A stretch of 56,983 bases of DNA from Limnohabitans sp. (GTDB taxonomy: Bacteria > Pseudomonadota > Gammaproteobacteria > Burkholderiales > Burkholderiaceae_C): NCBI GenBank assembly GCA_018883455.1, contig VEQC01000001.1:1-56983 (forward strand), written 5' to 3'. The translations under genes and the position numbers were made by a program. Shown here piece after piece: positions 27,213 through 37,082 of the stretch. Each line of letters begins with the position of its first letter. Position 1 is the first letter of the stretch. The notes beneath the pieces were generated by a model. The model worked only from the letters and a program-made list of their open reading frames with translations, made no database searches and had not been told where the DNA came from.

Positions 27213-28190
27213 TCAAGGGTTGACCAACACCAGCTTGCCCTTGACTTGGCGCGAGCCCATGCGCGCATAGGCCTTGGGCAAGTCGGTCATGGGCAGGGTG
27301 GAGTCGATCACCGGGCGCACCTTGCCCGCTTGTTGCCATTGCACAAGCTCGGCCAGCATGCGCGCGTTGGCCTTGGGCTCGCGGCGGGCGAAATCACCCC
27401 AGAACACGCCCACCACCGAGGCGCCTTTGAGCAGCGGCAGGTTCCAGGGGAGCGCCGGAATGGGGCCCGCGGCAAACCCAATCACGAGGTAGCGGCCGCG
27501 CCAAGCGATGCTGCGAAACACCGGCTCGGCCAACTCCCCACCCACGGGGTCATACACCACGTCAGGGCCCTGGCCTTGGGTGAGCGCCTTGAGGTGCGCG
27601 CGCACGTCGCCTTGGGTGTAGTCGAAGGCTTCATCGGCCCCTTCATCACGGCAGAGCTGGCATTTGTCGGCGCTGGAGGCCGCGGCGATCACGCGCGCGC
27701 CCGCGGCCTTGGCAATTTGAATGGCCGCCGTGCCCACCCCACCGGCGGCCCCGAGAATCAGCACCGTCTCGCCGGCTTTCAACTGACCCCGATCGAGCAG
27801 GGCGTGGTGCGAGGTGGCGTAGGTCATGATGAAGGCCGCGGCCGAAACCAAGTCAAACCCCTCGGGCAAGGGCACGCACAAGGCAGCAGGGGCGAGGGTG
27901 TGGGTGGCAAAGCCGCCTGTGCCACTCAAGCAGGCCACGCGTTGGCCCACCTGCAAGTGCGTCACGCCTTCACCCACGGCCTCAATCGTGCCCGCGTATT
28001 CCGCGCCGGGCACAAAGGGCAGTTCGGGCTTCATTTGGTATTTGTTCTGCACGATGAGCAGATCGGGAAAATTCAAGCTCGCCGCCGCGATGCGGATGCG
28101 CACCTCGCCCGCGCCGGGCTCAGGGGTGGGGCGTTCAGTCCAGCGCAGGGCCTCGACGCCCACGGGGTTTTCACAAAGCCATGCGTGCAT
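27213..28190 (-). CDS. NADPH:quinone oxidoreductase family (zeta-crystallin/MDR) protein
   Basis: ASLNFPDLL, PFVPGAE, LGAAGGVG, YDPVGG, GKLVL; start set at MHAWL (28190) behind AAGGAG. Confidence 0.9.
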   Translation of the reverse strand: MHAWLCENPVGVEALRWTERPTPEPGAGEVRIRIAAASLNFPDLLIVQNKYQMKPELPFVPGAEYAGTIEAVGEGVTHLQVGQRVACLSGTGGFATHTLAPAALCVPLPEGFDLVSAAAFIMTYATSHHALLDRGQLKAGETVLILGAAGGVGTAAIQIAKAAGARVIAAASSADKCQLCRDEGADEAFDYTQGDVRAHLKALTQGQGPDVVYDPVGGELAEPVFRSIAWRGRYLVIGFAAGPIPALPWNLPLLKGASVVGVFWGDFARREPKANARMLAELVQWQQAGKVRPVIDSTLPMTDLPKAYARMGSRQVKGKLVLVNP

Positions 28191-28253
28191 GCCAATCTCC
28201 TTCGATGGGCTGATCATAGCCAGCGCGAGGGGCGGCTGCGTTAGCATCGCGCC

Positions 28254-29099
28254 ATGACCACCCACACCTTGCCCATCGCCTTGCTGCAAATGCGCAGCGG
28301 CACCGACGCGGCCGAGAACGTGGCCGCCGTGCGCGCGGGCGTGCGCGAGGCGGCGGCCGCGGGCGCGCGCTTGGTGGCCACGCCCGAGATGACCGTTTGC
28401 CTCGACCGCCGCCCCGGGGCCTTGCTCGCGCAGGCGCATGCGCAAGCGCAGGACCCCTCGGTGCGCGCCTTGTGCGACATCGCCCGCGAGGCGGGGGTTG
28501 ACCTGCTCGTGGGGTCGCTCGCCGTGCGCGTGGGGCCGCAGCACTTGGCCAACCGGAGTTTGCTCATCGACGCGGCGGGACAGATCGTGGCGCATTACGA
28601 CAAGATCCACCTCTTTGACGTCGATCTCGGGCCGGGCGAGCGCTACCAAGAGTCGGCGCGCTTTGTGCCCGGGGATCGCGCGGTGCTCGCCGCGCGCGAG
28701 GGCTACACCCTGGGCCTGAGCATTTGTTACGACCTGCGCTTTGCGGGGCTCTACCGCACGCTGGCCCAGGCCGGGGCCCAGGTCTTGACGATTCCGTCGG
28801 CGTTCACAGTGCCCACCGGGCGCGCGCACTGGGAGGTGCTGCTGCGCGCACGGGCAATTGAGACCGGTTGCTATGTGCTCGCGCCCGCGCAACACGGCGT
28901 GCATGCCGATGGTCGCGAGACCTACGGGCACTCGATGGTGATTGACCCCTGGGGCCAGATCGTGGCGGTGCGCGCGCAGGAGCCGGGCCTGTTGCTGGCC
29001 ACCTTGGATTTGGACGCCGTGGCCCAAGCCCGGCGGCGGCTGCCAAGTTTGCAGCACGACCGAGCCTATGCCCAACCGCCCCACGTCACGGGGGGGTAA
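28254..29099 (+). CDS. Carbon-nitrogen hydrolase, Nit1/deaminated glutathione amidase-like
   Basis: E-K-C triad: TPEM, YDKIHLFDV, ICYDLRF; TGRAHWEVLLRARAIE. Confidence 0.9.
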   Translation: MTTHTLPIALLQMRSGTDAAENVAAVRAGVREAAAAGARLVATPEMTVCLDRRPGALLAQAHAQAQDPSVRALCDIAREAGVDLLVGSLAVRVGPQHLANRSLLIDAAGQIVAHYDKIHLFDVDLGPGERYQESARFVPGDRAVLAAREGYTLGLSICYDLRFAGLYRTLAQAGAQVLTIPSAFTVPTGRAHWEVLLRARAIETGCYVLAPAQHGVHADGRETYGHSMVIDPWGQIVAVRAQEPGLLLATLDLDAVAQARRRLPSLQHDRAYAQPPHVTGG

Positions 29100-29183
29100 G
29101 CGAATTCGGGTTTCTACCATGCGCGTGGCAAATGCCTATGATGGCCCAAGCCCGGTTGGTCCCGGTGTCCCACGGAGTGCAAT

Positions 29184-31334
29184 TTGGAAATTTCGTTTCA
29201 CAGTGAAATTGAATCCCTCAAACTCGGCGAGGGGGAGACGTTTCATGGTGAGGGCATTCTGGCCGTCACCAAGGCCCTCCTGCAGTCCGGCGTGACGTAT
29301 GTGGGGGGCTACCAAGGCTCGCCCATCTCCCACTTACTCGATGTGATGGTGCAAGCGCGCCCCTATTTGGATGAGCTCGGCGTGCACGTCGAAGCCTGTA
29401 CCAACGAAGCGTCGGCCGCGGCCATGTTGGCGGCCTCCATCATGTACCCGGTGCGGGGCGCGGTGACGTGGAAATCCATTGTCGGCACCAACGTGGCCTC
29501 CGACGCGCTCTCCAACTTGGCCTCGCCGGGCGTGCTCGGTGGCGCGCTCATTGTGGTGGGCGAGGACTACGGCGAGGGCGCGAGCGTGATTCAAGAGCGT
29601 ACCCATGCCTTTGCCATGAAATCGGCGCTGTGCCTGCTCGACCCGCGCCCAGACCTGCCCAACCTCGTGCGTTGTGTGGAGCAGGCGTTTGAGCTCTCCG
29701 AGGCGAGCAATATGCCGGTCATGCTCTCCTTGCGCATTCGGGCCTGCCATGTGCGCGGCAGCTTCACCACGCGTGAGAACCGGGCTCCGGCCATCTCGCA
29801 GCGCCAACTCCAGGCGCGTCCGGCCGCCTTCAACTACGACCGCTTGGCGCACCCGCCCGCCACCTTTGCGCATGAGAAGCGCAAATACGAGGTGCGCTTG
29901 CCCGCGGCGCGCGACTATATTCAAGCCGCCGGGCTCAACGAGTTTTTGCCTGGGCGCGAGTCGCGCGTGGGCTTGGTGGTGCAAGGCGGCCTCACGCCTG
30001 CGCTGTGGCGCGCCTTGGACGAATTGGGCCTGCGCACGCCCGCGGGCGAACTCACGCTGCCCGTGCTGGTGCTCAACGCCGTCTACCCCCTCGTGCCCCA
30101 GCAGTTGCAGGATTTCGCGCGGGGCAAAGACGCGCTCTTGGTGCTCGAGGAGGGCCAGCCTGAGTTCATTGAACATGAAATCAACGCCGTCTTGCAGCGC
30201 GCGGGTTTGACCACCCGGGTGGCGGGCAAATCGCACCTGCCCATGGCGGGCGAATACACCGTGGAAGTGCTGCTGCGCGGCGTGCGCGACTTCTTGCAGC
30301 AACACGCACCGCACTGCGTCACCCCGGCTGCGCAAGCCTTTTTGCAGCAGGTGGAGGAAACGCGCGCACGCGCGCGTGCGGGCCTGGGTCAAGCCGTGCC
30401 GCCTCGCCCGCCCAATTTCTGCACCGGTTGTCCGGAGCGCCCGGTGTTTGCCGCGCTCAAATTGGTGCAGGAGAAAACCGGGCCTTTGCACGTCTCGGCC
30501 GACATTGGGTGTCACTCCTTTGCCACCTTCGAGCCGTTTTCGTTTGGGCATTCCATCTTGGGCTATGGCATGAGCATGGCCTCGAGCGCGGCGGTGAAGC
30601 ATTTCTCGGCCCAGCGGCCCATCGCCATCATGGGCGATGGCGGCTTTTGGCACAACGGTTTGCTCTCGGGCGTGTCCTCGACCTTGCTCAACCAAGGCGA
30701 TGGGGTGCTCGTCATCATGAAGAACGGCTACACCTCGGCCACGGGCACGCAAGAGACAGTGTCTTCACCCGCCTCGGAGGCCAAGCGGGTGGCCGAGGGC
30801 AGCAGCGCCACCCAAGGTGAGCTCACGATTGAAAAAACCCTCGCCGGCATGGGCGTGCAGTGGATGCGCACGGTGCACAACTACCGCGTGGCCGAGGTGC
30901 GCGACACGCTGCTGGAAGCCTTGCGCGCGCCCTTTGGCGGTCTCAAGGTGGTGATTGCGGAGGGCGAATGTCAGTTGGAGCGTCAGCGGCGCTTGCGCCC
31001 CTTGCTCGCGCGCCAACGCGCCGAGGGCCTGCGCACGGTGCGCACCCGCTACGGCGTGGACGCGAGCACTTGCACGGGCGACCACTCTTGCATTCGGCTC
31101 TCGGGCTGCCCAACCCTCACCCTCGCCCCCTCGGAGGATCCCCTCAAAACCGCCCCGGTCGCGCAAGTCACCGATGGCTGCGTGGGCTGCGGCTTGTGCG
31201 GTGAAGTGGCCGACGCGGCCGTGCTCTGCCCCTCGTTTCACCGCATCGATGTGATCACCCATCCCAGCGCCTGGGACCGGTTTTGGGCGCGCATGAACCA
31301 ATGGGCGATTCGCCTGTGGCAGGGGGCGGCATGA
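29184..31334 (+). CDS. iorA: Indolepyruvate:ferredoxin oxidoreductase alpha subunit family
   Basis: GGYQGSP, RPPNFCTGCPER, DIGC, TPP motif MGDGGFWHNG, C-terminal ferredoxin CVGCGLC; TTG start after GGAG. Confidence 0.9.
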   Translation: MEISFHSEIESLKLGEGETFHGEGILAVTKALLQSGVTYVGGYQGSPISHLLDVMVQARPYLDELGVHVEACTNEASAAAMLAASIMYPVRGAVTWKSIVGTNVASDALSNLASPGVLGGALIVVGEDYGEGASVIQERTHAFAMKSALCLLDPRPDLPNLVRCVEQAFELSEASNMPVMLSLRIRACHVRGSFTTRENRAPAISQRQLQARPAAFNYDRLAHPPATFAHEKRKYEVRLPAARDYIQAAGLNEFLPGRESRVGLVVQGGLTPALWRALDELGLRTPAGELTLPVLVLNAVYPLVPQQLQDFARGKDALLVLEEGQPEFIEHEINAVLQRAGLTTRVAGKSHLPMAGEYTVEVLLRGVRDFLQQHAPHCVTPAAQAFLQQVEETRARARAGLGQAVPPRPPNFCTGCPERPVFAALKLVQEKTGPLHVSADIGCHSFATFEPFSFGHSILGYGMSMASSAAVKHFSAQRPIAIMGDGGFWHNGLLSGVSSTLLNQGDGVLVIMKNGYTSATGTQETVSSPASEAKRVAEGSSATQGELTIEKTLAGMGVQWMRTVHNYRVAEVRDTLLEALRAPFGGLKVVIAEGECQLERQRRLRPLLARQRAEGLRTVRTRYGVDASTCTGDHSCIRLSGCPTLTLAPSEDPLKTAPVAQVTDGCVGCGLCGEVADAAVLCPSFHRIDVITHPSAWDRFWARMNQWAIRLWQGAA

Positions 31335-32833
31335 GCGCACCCGCCATTCGTTCGGTGTTGATCGCCGCCTTGGGCGGGGAGGGCGGTGGCGTGCTGGCCG
31401 ATTGGTTGGTGTTGTGCGCCCGCCAAAGCGGTTTGGCGGTGCAAGCCACCTCGGTGCCCGGCGTGGCTCAGCGCACGGGGGCGACGAGTTACTACCTGGA
31501 GTTCAGCGTCGCGCCCTGGCCCGAGGGCTCCGTGCCGAGCTTTGCCCTCTCGCCCACCCCCGCCCGGGTGGATGTGGTGGTGGCGAGTGAATTGCTCGAA
31601 GCCGCGCGCATGATGGAGCGCGGCTTTGTCACGCCCGAGCGCACCCACTTGATCGCCTCGACCAGCCGCGTCTACACCACGCTCGAAAAAATGCAGCCCC
31701 ACGATGGGCGCTTCGATCCCGAGCGCGTGCGCGCCTTGAGCCAAGTGCTCGCGCGCGAGTCCTTGTGGCTGGACATGGCCGAGTTGACACAGCAGCACCG
31801 CACCGCGGTCTCCTCCATCATGCTGGGCGCATTGGCGGGCGCGGGCGCGCTTCCTTGGTCGCGCGCGTGTTGTGAGGACGTCATTCGCGCCAGTGGCAAG
31901 GGGGTGGAGGCGAGCTTGGCGGGCTTTGCCGCAGCCTTTGCTGCAGCCCAGTCGGCCCCCCCGTCCGAGGCACGCGAAGCGCCCGCGCGGGCCACCGCCG
32001 GTGCGAGCTCGGCCCCTGTGTCCCTGGCCGCTTTGCCCGAAGCTTTGCAAACGGTGGCCGCGCACGGCGTGGCGCGCTGCACCGATTACCAAGACGCGGC
32101 CTACGCGCGGGAATACCTCGCGCAATTGCAAACCTTGGTGCAGGCTTGCCCCAACCCCGCACCGGCCCACGTGGCGCTGTGGCAGGAGGCGGCACGCCAC
32201 CTCGCGCTGTGGATGTGTTTTGAGGATATTGCACGCGTGGCCGATCTGAAATCGCGCCCCGAGCGCTTTGCCCAAGTGCGGGCGAGCGCGCGTGCCGCAG
32301 CTGGGGAGGTGGTGCACATCACCGACCATTTCAAGCCGGGCCTGGAAGAGATCGCGGCCATCTTGCCCCGCGCCCTGGGTCAGGCCTTGGCGGCCCATGC
32401 GCGCCCCGAGCGGCATGTGTCCCTGCACATTCGCGCCACCAGTTTTTGGGGCTTTGCCCTCTTGCGCTTGCTCGCGCAGGCGCGGCGCTGGCGACGCCAC
32501 ACCTTGCGTTATCACGACGAGACCCAGGCGCGCGTGGCGTGGTGGCAAGCGGTGTGCCAATGGGCGCAGGTGGCCCCGGCCTTTGCCACGGCGGTGGCGG
32601 GCCTGCCGCAGGTGCGCAAAGGCTATGGCCAAACGCAACAGCGCGGCCTGCACCGCTACGCGCGCCTTTGGCAGACCCTGGTGCTGCCGCGCTTGGGCGC
32701 GGCCACGCCGCCCGAGCCCGAACACACCCAAGCCCTGCAAGACGCGCTGCGCGCGGCCTTGTCCGATTTACCCGATCCCCAAAACGATGGCACGGCCGAG
32801 CGGCCCGTGCTCTGGCTTAAACCCGGTGCCTGA
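31331..32833 (+). CDS. iorB: Indolepyruvate oxidoreductase beta subunit family (long form)
   Basis: ALGGEGGGVL, TSVPGVAQRTGAT, RVADLK, VRKGYG; ATGA overlap with iorA. Confidence 0.85.
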   Translation: MSAPAIRSVLIAALGGEGGGVLADWLVLCARQSGLAVQATSVPGVAQRTGATSYYLEFSVAPWPEGSVPSFALSPTPARVDVVVASELLEAARMMERGFVTPERTHLIASTSRVYTTLEKMQPHDGRFDPERVRALSQVLARESLWLDMAELTQQHRTAVSSIMLGALAGAGALPWSRACCEDVIRASGKGVEASLAGFAAAFAAAQSAPPSEAREAPARATAGASSAPVSLAALPEALQTVAAHGVARCTDYQDAAYAREYLAQLQTLVQACPNPAPAHVALWQEAARHLALWMCFEDIARVADLKSRPERFAQVRASARAAAGEVVHITDHFKPGLEEIAAILPRALGQALAAHARPERHVSLHIRATSFWGFALLRLLAQARRWRRHTLRYHDETQARVAWWQAVCQWAQVAPAFATAVAGLPQVRKGYGQTQQRGLHRYARLWQTLVLPRLGAATPPEPEHTQALQDALRAALSDLPDPQNDGTAERPVLWLKPGA

Positions 32834-32859
32834 AGGCACCATCACCCTAGGAGACTTGC

Positions 32860-33885
32860 ATGACGTTGAAAACCTTGACTCGCCGCACCGCGCTCGCCGC
32901 CCTCGTGGCCGCCACCAGCCTGGGCGTGAACGCCCAAGACAAGCCGGTTGAACTCAAATTCGCACATTGGTTGCCCGGCACCCACCCGCTGGCCAAAACG
33001 GGTTTTGAGCCCTGGGCCAAATCGGTGGAGGCTGCTTCTGGGGGCACCATCAAGGTGGCGTTCTTCCCCGCGCAGCAGCTGGGCAAGGCGGCTGACCACT
33101 ACGACATGGCGCGTGATGGCATTGCCGACATGACCTGGGTCAACCCCGGCTATCAGGCCGGACGCTTTCCGATGATCGCTGCGGGCGAATTGCCCTTCTT
33201 GATGAGCAAACCCGGCGGAGGCTCGGCTGCACTCGACAAGTGGTACCGCACTTACAGCGACAAAGAAATGAAGGACGTCAAGTTCTGCTTTGCCCACGTG
33301 CACATTGGCACGCTGCACAGCCGCACCCCCATCACCGAGCCGGGCCAGCTCAAGGGCTTGAAGATTCGCTCGGCCAACGGCACGGTCTCGCAAACCATGA
33401 CCTTGCTCGGCGCCACCAACGTGCAGGTCTCGGCCCCCGAGGCGCGCGACGCGCTGGAGAAGGGGGTGGCCGATGCCATCACCTTCCCCTGGAACTCCAT
33501 GATCACCTTTGGCATTGACAAGGCGGTCAAGAACCACGCCGACATGCGCCTCTACGCGGCCGATTTCGTGTGGGTGATGAACCGCGGCTTCTATGACAAG
33601 CTCTCGGCCAATCAGAAGAAGGTCATTGACGGCCACTGCAACAACGACTGGGCGGGCAAAGTGGGCGCGGCATGGGGCGACGAGGAAGACTCGGGCCAGG
33701 CCAAGCTGCAAGCTGCGGGCCACAACATCGTGAAGATCACCCCTGACCAGCTCAAGGCCTGGAAGCAGGCGGTCGAGCCGATCAACGCCCAGTGGGTGGC
33801 CGCCGCCAACAAGGCTGGCTACGACGGTGCGAAGGCCCTCGAAGCCCTGCGCCAGGAACTCAAGACCCGTGGCGCGGGCCAGTAA
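32860..33885 (+). CDS. TRAP transporter substrate-binding protein (DctP)
   Basis: Signal peptide; FPAQQLG, PGYQAGRFP, LKGLKIR. Confidence 0.9.
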   Translation: MTLKTLTRRTALAALVAATSLGVNAQDKPVELKFAHWLPGTHPLAKTGFEPWAKSVEAASGGTIKVAFFPAQQLGKAADHYDMARDGIADMTWVNPGYQAGRFPMIAAGELPFLMSKPGGGSAALDKWYRTYSDKEMKDVKFCFAHVHIGTLHSRTPITEPGQLKGLKIRSANGTVSQTMTLLGATNVQVSAPEARDALEKGVADAITFPWNSMITFGIDKAVKNHADMRLYAADFVWVMNRGFYDKLSANQKKVIDGHCNNDWAGKVGAAWGDEEDSGQAKLQAAGHNIVKITPDQLKAWKQAVEPINAQWVAAANKAGYDGAKALEALRQELKTRGAGQ

Positions 33886-33888
33886 GCC

Positions 33889-34377
33889 ATGCGCCGACTG
33901 CTCGGTCTGACCGAAACCCTCGCCGCCCTGTTCCTGCTCTTCATTGCCCTGCTCACCGCAGGCAATGTGGTGCTGCGTGACCTCTTGAGTGTGCAGATCC
34001 CGGATTGGTTCGATGGCTCCAAGCTCATGCAAGGCATTGCCTTGTTTTGGGGCTTTGCGCTGGCGACTTATTACGGGAGTCACATCTGTGTGGACATCGT
34101 CTGGGAGCACGCTTCAACACGGGCGCGCCGCTGGCTGGACCTGGTGAGCATCGTGGTGACCGCGGTGTTCCTGGGCTTCATGGCCTGGATGGTGTGGGTC
34201 AAAGTGGGCAAGACCGGCAGTCAAACCACCAGCGACCTGCAATGGCCGCTGGTGCCTTTTTACGCGGTGGCCGCCGTGGGGGCCACGGCGGCCGTGCTCC
34301 TCGCCTTGTTGCGGATGTGGCGCTTGTGGCGACGCGAGCCCATCGAGGACGTGCAGGAGGACCGTGATGGATCGTGA
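33889..34377 (+). CDS. TRAP small permease (DctQ)
   Basis: Four TM segments, HICVD motif, lies between dctP and dctM. Confidence 0.85.
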   Translation: MRRLLGLTETLAALFLLFIALLTAGNVVLRDLLSVQIPDWFDGSKLMQGIALFWGFALATYYGSHICVDIVWEHASTRARRWLDLVSIVVTAVFLGFMAWMVWVKVGKTGSQTTSDLQWPLVPFYAVAAVGATAAVLLALLRMWRLWRREPIEDVQEDRDGS

Positions 34378-35668
34378 CCTCGTCGCCCTCTTGGGCTTTG
34401 TGCTGATGTTCTTTCTCATGGCCTTGCGCGTGCCCATTGGCGTGGCCATGGGTGTGGCCGGTGTGGGCGGGTTTTACTTGCTCACGAGCGCCACCCCCGC
34501 GCTCAACCTCTTGGCCAACGTGCCGCTGTCGGTGGTCACGGACTACAACCTGAGCGTGATTCCCATGTTTGTGCTCATGGGCGCGTTTGCCTCGCACGCG
34601 GGCATGAGTCAGGAGCTCTTCAATGCCGGACGCGCGTGGCTGGGCCACCGCCGTGGCGGCTTGGCTTTGGCGTCGATTGCGGCATGCGCGGGCTTTGCGG
34701 CCATCAATGGCTCCTCGGTGGCCACGGCCGCGACCATGACGCAAGTGGCCTTGCCCGAGATGCGCCGCGCAGGTTACGACCCGGGGTTTTCGTCGGGACT
34801 GATTGCTGCGGGCGGAACTCTGGGCATCATGATTCCGCCCTCGGTCATCTTTGTGCTCTACGGCATCATGACCGAGACCGACATCAGCAAGCTCTTTGCG
34901 GCGGGGGTCATTCCCGGTTTGATGGCGGTGGTGTTTTACGCCATCGTGGTGGCCATTCAGGCACGTCTCTCACCCGAGACACTGCCGCGCGGCGAGCACC
35001 ACAGCTGGGCTGAACGCTTCGCGTCCTTGCGCGAGCTCTGGGCGGTCTTGCTGCTCTTTGCCTTTGTGCTGGGGGGCATTTATGGGGGGCTCTTCACGGT
35101 GCAGGAAGCCGCGGGGGTCGGGGCCGTGGGTACTTTGCTCATTGGCATTTTGCGCGGCCAGTTGCGCTGGCCCCAAATCCGCCACGCTTTGATCGACGCC
35201 TTGCGCGTGTCCTCGGCCATCATGATGATCGTGCTCGGGGCCTTTTTGTTTGGTTACTTCCTCACCATCACCCAGTTCACGCAAAAAGCGGTGGACTGGC
35301 TGGTGCACTTGCCCATTGGGGCCTATGGCGTGCTGGCGCTCGTGATGGTGGGCTACCTGATCTTGGGCGCGGTGATGGACGAGCTCGCCATGATTTTGCT
35401 CACCGTGCCGATCGTCTTTCCGGTCATGGTGCAGCTGGGCTTTGACCCGATCTGGTTTGGCGTGATCATCGTCATGGCCGTGACCTTTGGCATGATTTGT
35501 CCGCCGGTGGGCATGAATGTCTTTGTCATCAACTCGATCGCCCGCGATGTGCCCTTGGGGGCGATTTACCGGGGCACCTTGCCTTTCATCGCGATCGACC
35601 TGGTGCGCTTGGTGATCTTGTGCGCGTTCCCCGCGCTCTCGCTGTGGTTGCCGAGTTTGGTGGATTGA
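34364..35668 (+). CDS. TRAP large permease (DctM)
   Basis: IPMFVLMG, GSSVATAA, GGTLGIMIPPS, PPVGMNVFV. Confidence 0.92.
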   Translation: MMDRDLVALLGFVLMFFLMALRVPIGVAMGVAGVGGFYLLTSATPALNLLANVPLSVVTDYNLSVIPMFVLMGAFASHAGMSQELFNAGRAWLGHRRGGLALASIAACAGFAAINGSSVATAATMTQVALPEMRRAGYDPGFSSGLIAAGGTLGIMIPPSVIFVLYGIMTETDISKLFAAGVIPGLMAVVFYAIVVAIQARLSPETLPRGEHHSWAERFASLRELWAVLLLFAFVLGGIYGGLFTVQEAAGVGAVGTLLIGILRGQLRWPQIRHALIDALRVSSAIMMIVLGAFLFGYFLTITQFTQKAVDWLVHLPIGAYGVLALVMVGYLILGAVMDELAMILLTVPIVFPVMVQLGFDPIWFGVIIVMAVTFGMICPPVGMNVFVINSIARDVPLGAIYRGTLPFIAIDLVRLVILCAFPALSLWLPSLVD

Positions 35669-35679
35669 AAGGATTGACC

Positions 35680-36156
35680 ATGACCGCCTCACCCACCTTG
35701 CCCGCACCGGCGCTCGAACACCTCTGTGATTTGCGCGTGACGGTGGGCACGCCCCAGGAGATAGGGGCCACGCCCATGGGCTTGCGCCGCGTGGTGCCCA
35801 TCACCGGGGGCACGGTGAGTGGGCGTTTGTCCGGCCGGGTCTTGGCCGGCGGCGCGGATTTCCAGCTCATCGTGGCCGAGGGCACGCAAGCCCACTTGGA
35901 TGCGCGCTATGTGCTCGCCCTGGACGACGGCAGCACCGTGTGGGTGCAAAACAGCGCCCTGCGGGTGGCCAGCGCCGAGGATTCTTTGCGCCTGCGCCAA
36001 GGCCAACCGGTGGACCCCGCGCGGGTGTATTTCCGCTGCCAGCCCCGCATGGAGACGGCCGCCCCCGCCTGGGGTTGGCTCAACACCTGCCAAATCGTGG
36101 GCGTGGGGGAGCGCGACCCCGACGCCGTGCGCATGAGTTTTTACCGCGTCTGCTGA
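35680..36156 (+). CDS. DUF3237 (UPF0311) protein
   Basis: RRVVPITGG, GRVLAGGADFQ, LDARY, VYFR..PRMET; start ATG 35680 behind AAAGGA. Confidence 0.88.
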   Translation: MTASPTLPAPALEHLCDLRVTVGTPQEIGATPMGLRRVVPITGGTVSGRLSGRVLAGGADFQLIVAEGTQAHLDARYVLALDDGSTVWVQNSALRVASAEDSLRLRQGQPVDPARVYFRCQPRMETAAPAWGWLNTCQIVGVGERDPDAVRMSFYRVC

Positions 36157-36185
36157 TTCCCCCGCCCGGGGTCTGAGGGTTTTCG

Positions 36186-36246
36186 ATAGAACAATCGTCC
36201 TAGACACAAATGTTCTATTGACAGGTCATTAGGACTGCCCGAACAT
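36186..36246 (+). promoter_or_regulatory. Sigma70-type promoter overlapped by GntR/HutC-like inverted repeats
   Basis: TTGACA (36218-36223)-N17-GAACAT; inverted pairs ATAGAACA/TGTTCTAT and GTCCTA/TAGGAC. Confidence 0.55.
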
Positions 36247-36254
36247 GGCTTCCC

Positions 36255-37061
36255 ATGAACCTTGGCATGCCTTTGCCCAAATACCACCAGATTTACCTGC
36301 TGTTGCGCGAGCAATTGCAGGAAGGGCGCTTTGAGCACGGCTTGCCCGGCGAATTCGCGCTCATGAAAGAGTTCGGTGTGGCCCGCGTGACGGTACGCCG
36401 GGCGCTGCAAGAGCTCGCCCAAGAGGGCTTGATCCTGCGCGAGCGCGGGCGGGGCACGCGCGCGGTCAATACCAGCACCGACTTGGGCAGCCCGCGCCAA
36501 TTGCGCGCCGCAGCCCGCACGCAAAAAGCCCAGCTCAGCGGCCTCCTTGAAAACTTGGTGAGCATGGGCCTGCGCACCTCGGTGAAAGTGCTGTCCTTGG
36601 AAGTGCTGGCCGCACCCGAGGAAGTCGCCCAGATGCTCCAACTCTCCGGCGCAGAGACGGTGCAAAAAGCCCAGCGCGTGCGCGCCACCGCCGAGGGCCC
36701 GCTCTCGCACATCACCACCTGGGTGCCCCAGCGCATCGCCAGCCGGTTTGACGCGCGCGAGCTCGCCCAACAGCCGATTCTGTTGTTGATGGAAAAAGCC
36801 GGTGTGGCCGTGGGGCGTGCCGAACAAACCATCAGCGCGCGCCTGGCCGATGCGCACCTCGCCCAACACCTGGAAGTGGCCGTGGGCTCAGCCCTCTTGG
36901 CCGTGCAACGCCTCATTTACGACGATCAAGATCGTCCCGTGCAGTGGCTCCATGGGGTTTACCGACCGGACCGCTACCAGTACCAACTCCAGCTCTCCCG
37001 CGTGGGCGGCATCGACGCCAAGGTGTGGGTGAGCAAGGAACTTTCCGCCAACTTCCGATGA
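36255..37061 (+). CDS. GntR family (HutC/UTRA subfamily) regulator
   Basis: PKYHQIY, LPGE, FGVARVTVRRAL, RGRGT; UTRA C-terminus YRPDRY. Confidence 0.9.
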   Translation: MNLGMPLPKYHQIYLLLREQLQEGRFEHGLPGEFALMKEFGVARVTVRRALQELAQEGLILRERGRGTRAVNTSTDLGSPRQLRAAARTQKAQLSGLLENLVSMGLRTSVKVLSLEVLAAPEEVAQMLQLSGAETVQKAQRVRATAEGPLSHITTWVPQRIASRFDARELAQQPILLLMEKAGVAVGRAEQTISARLADAHLAQHLEVAVGSALLAVQRLIYDDQDRPVQWLHGVYRPDRYQYQLQLSRVGGIDAKVWVSKELSANFR

Positions 37062-37082
37062 CGTTTTAACAAGGAGATCGCC

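Noticed and set aside
27213-29120. 635-aa ORF as a fusion protein
   Set aside because: The N-terminal half is antisense to the nitrilase-family gene; the real quinone oxidoreductase starts at 28190 behind an AAGGAG RBS.
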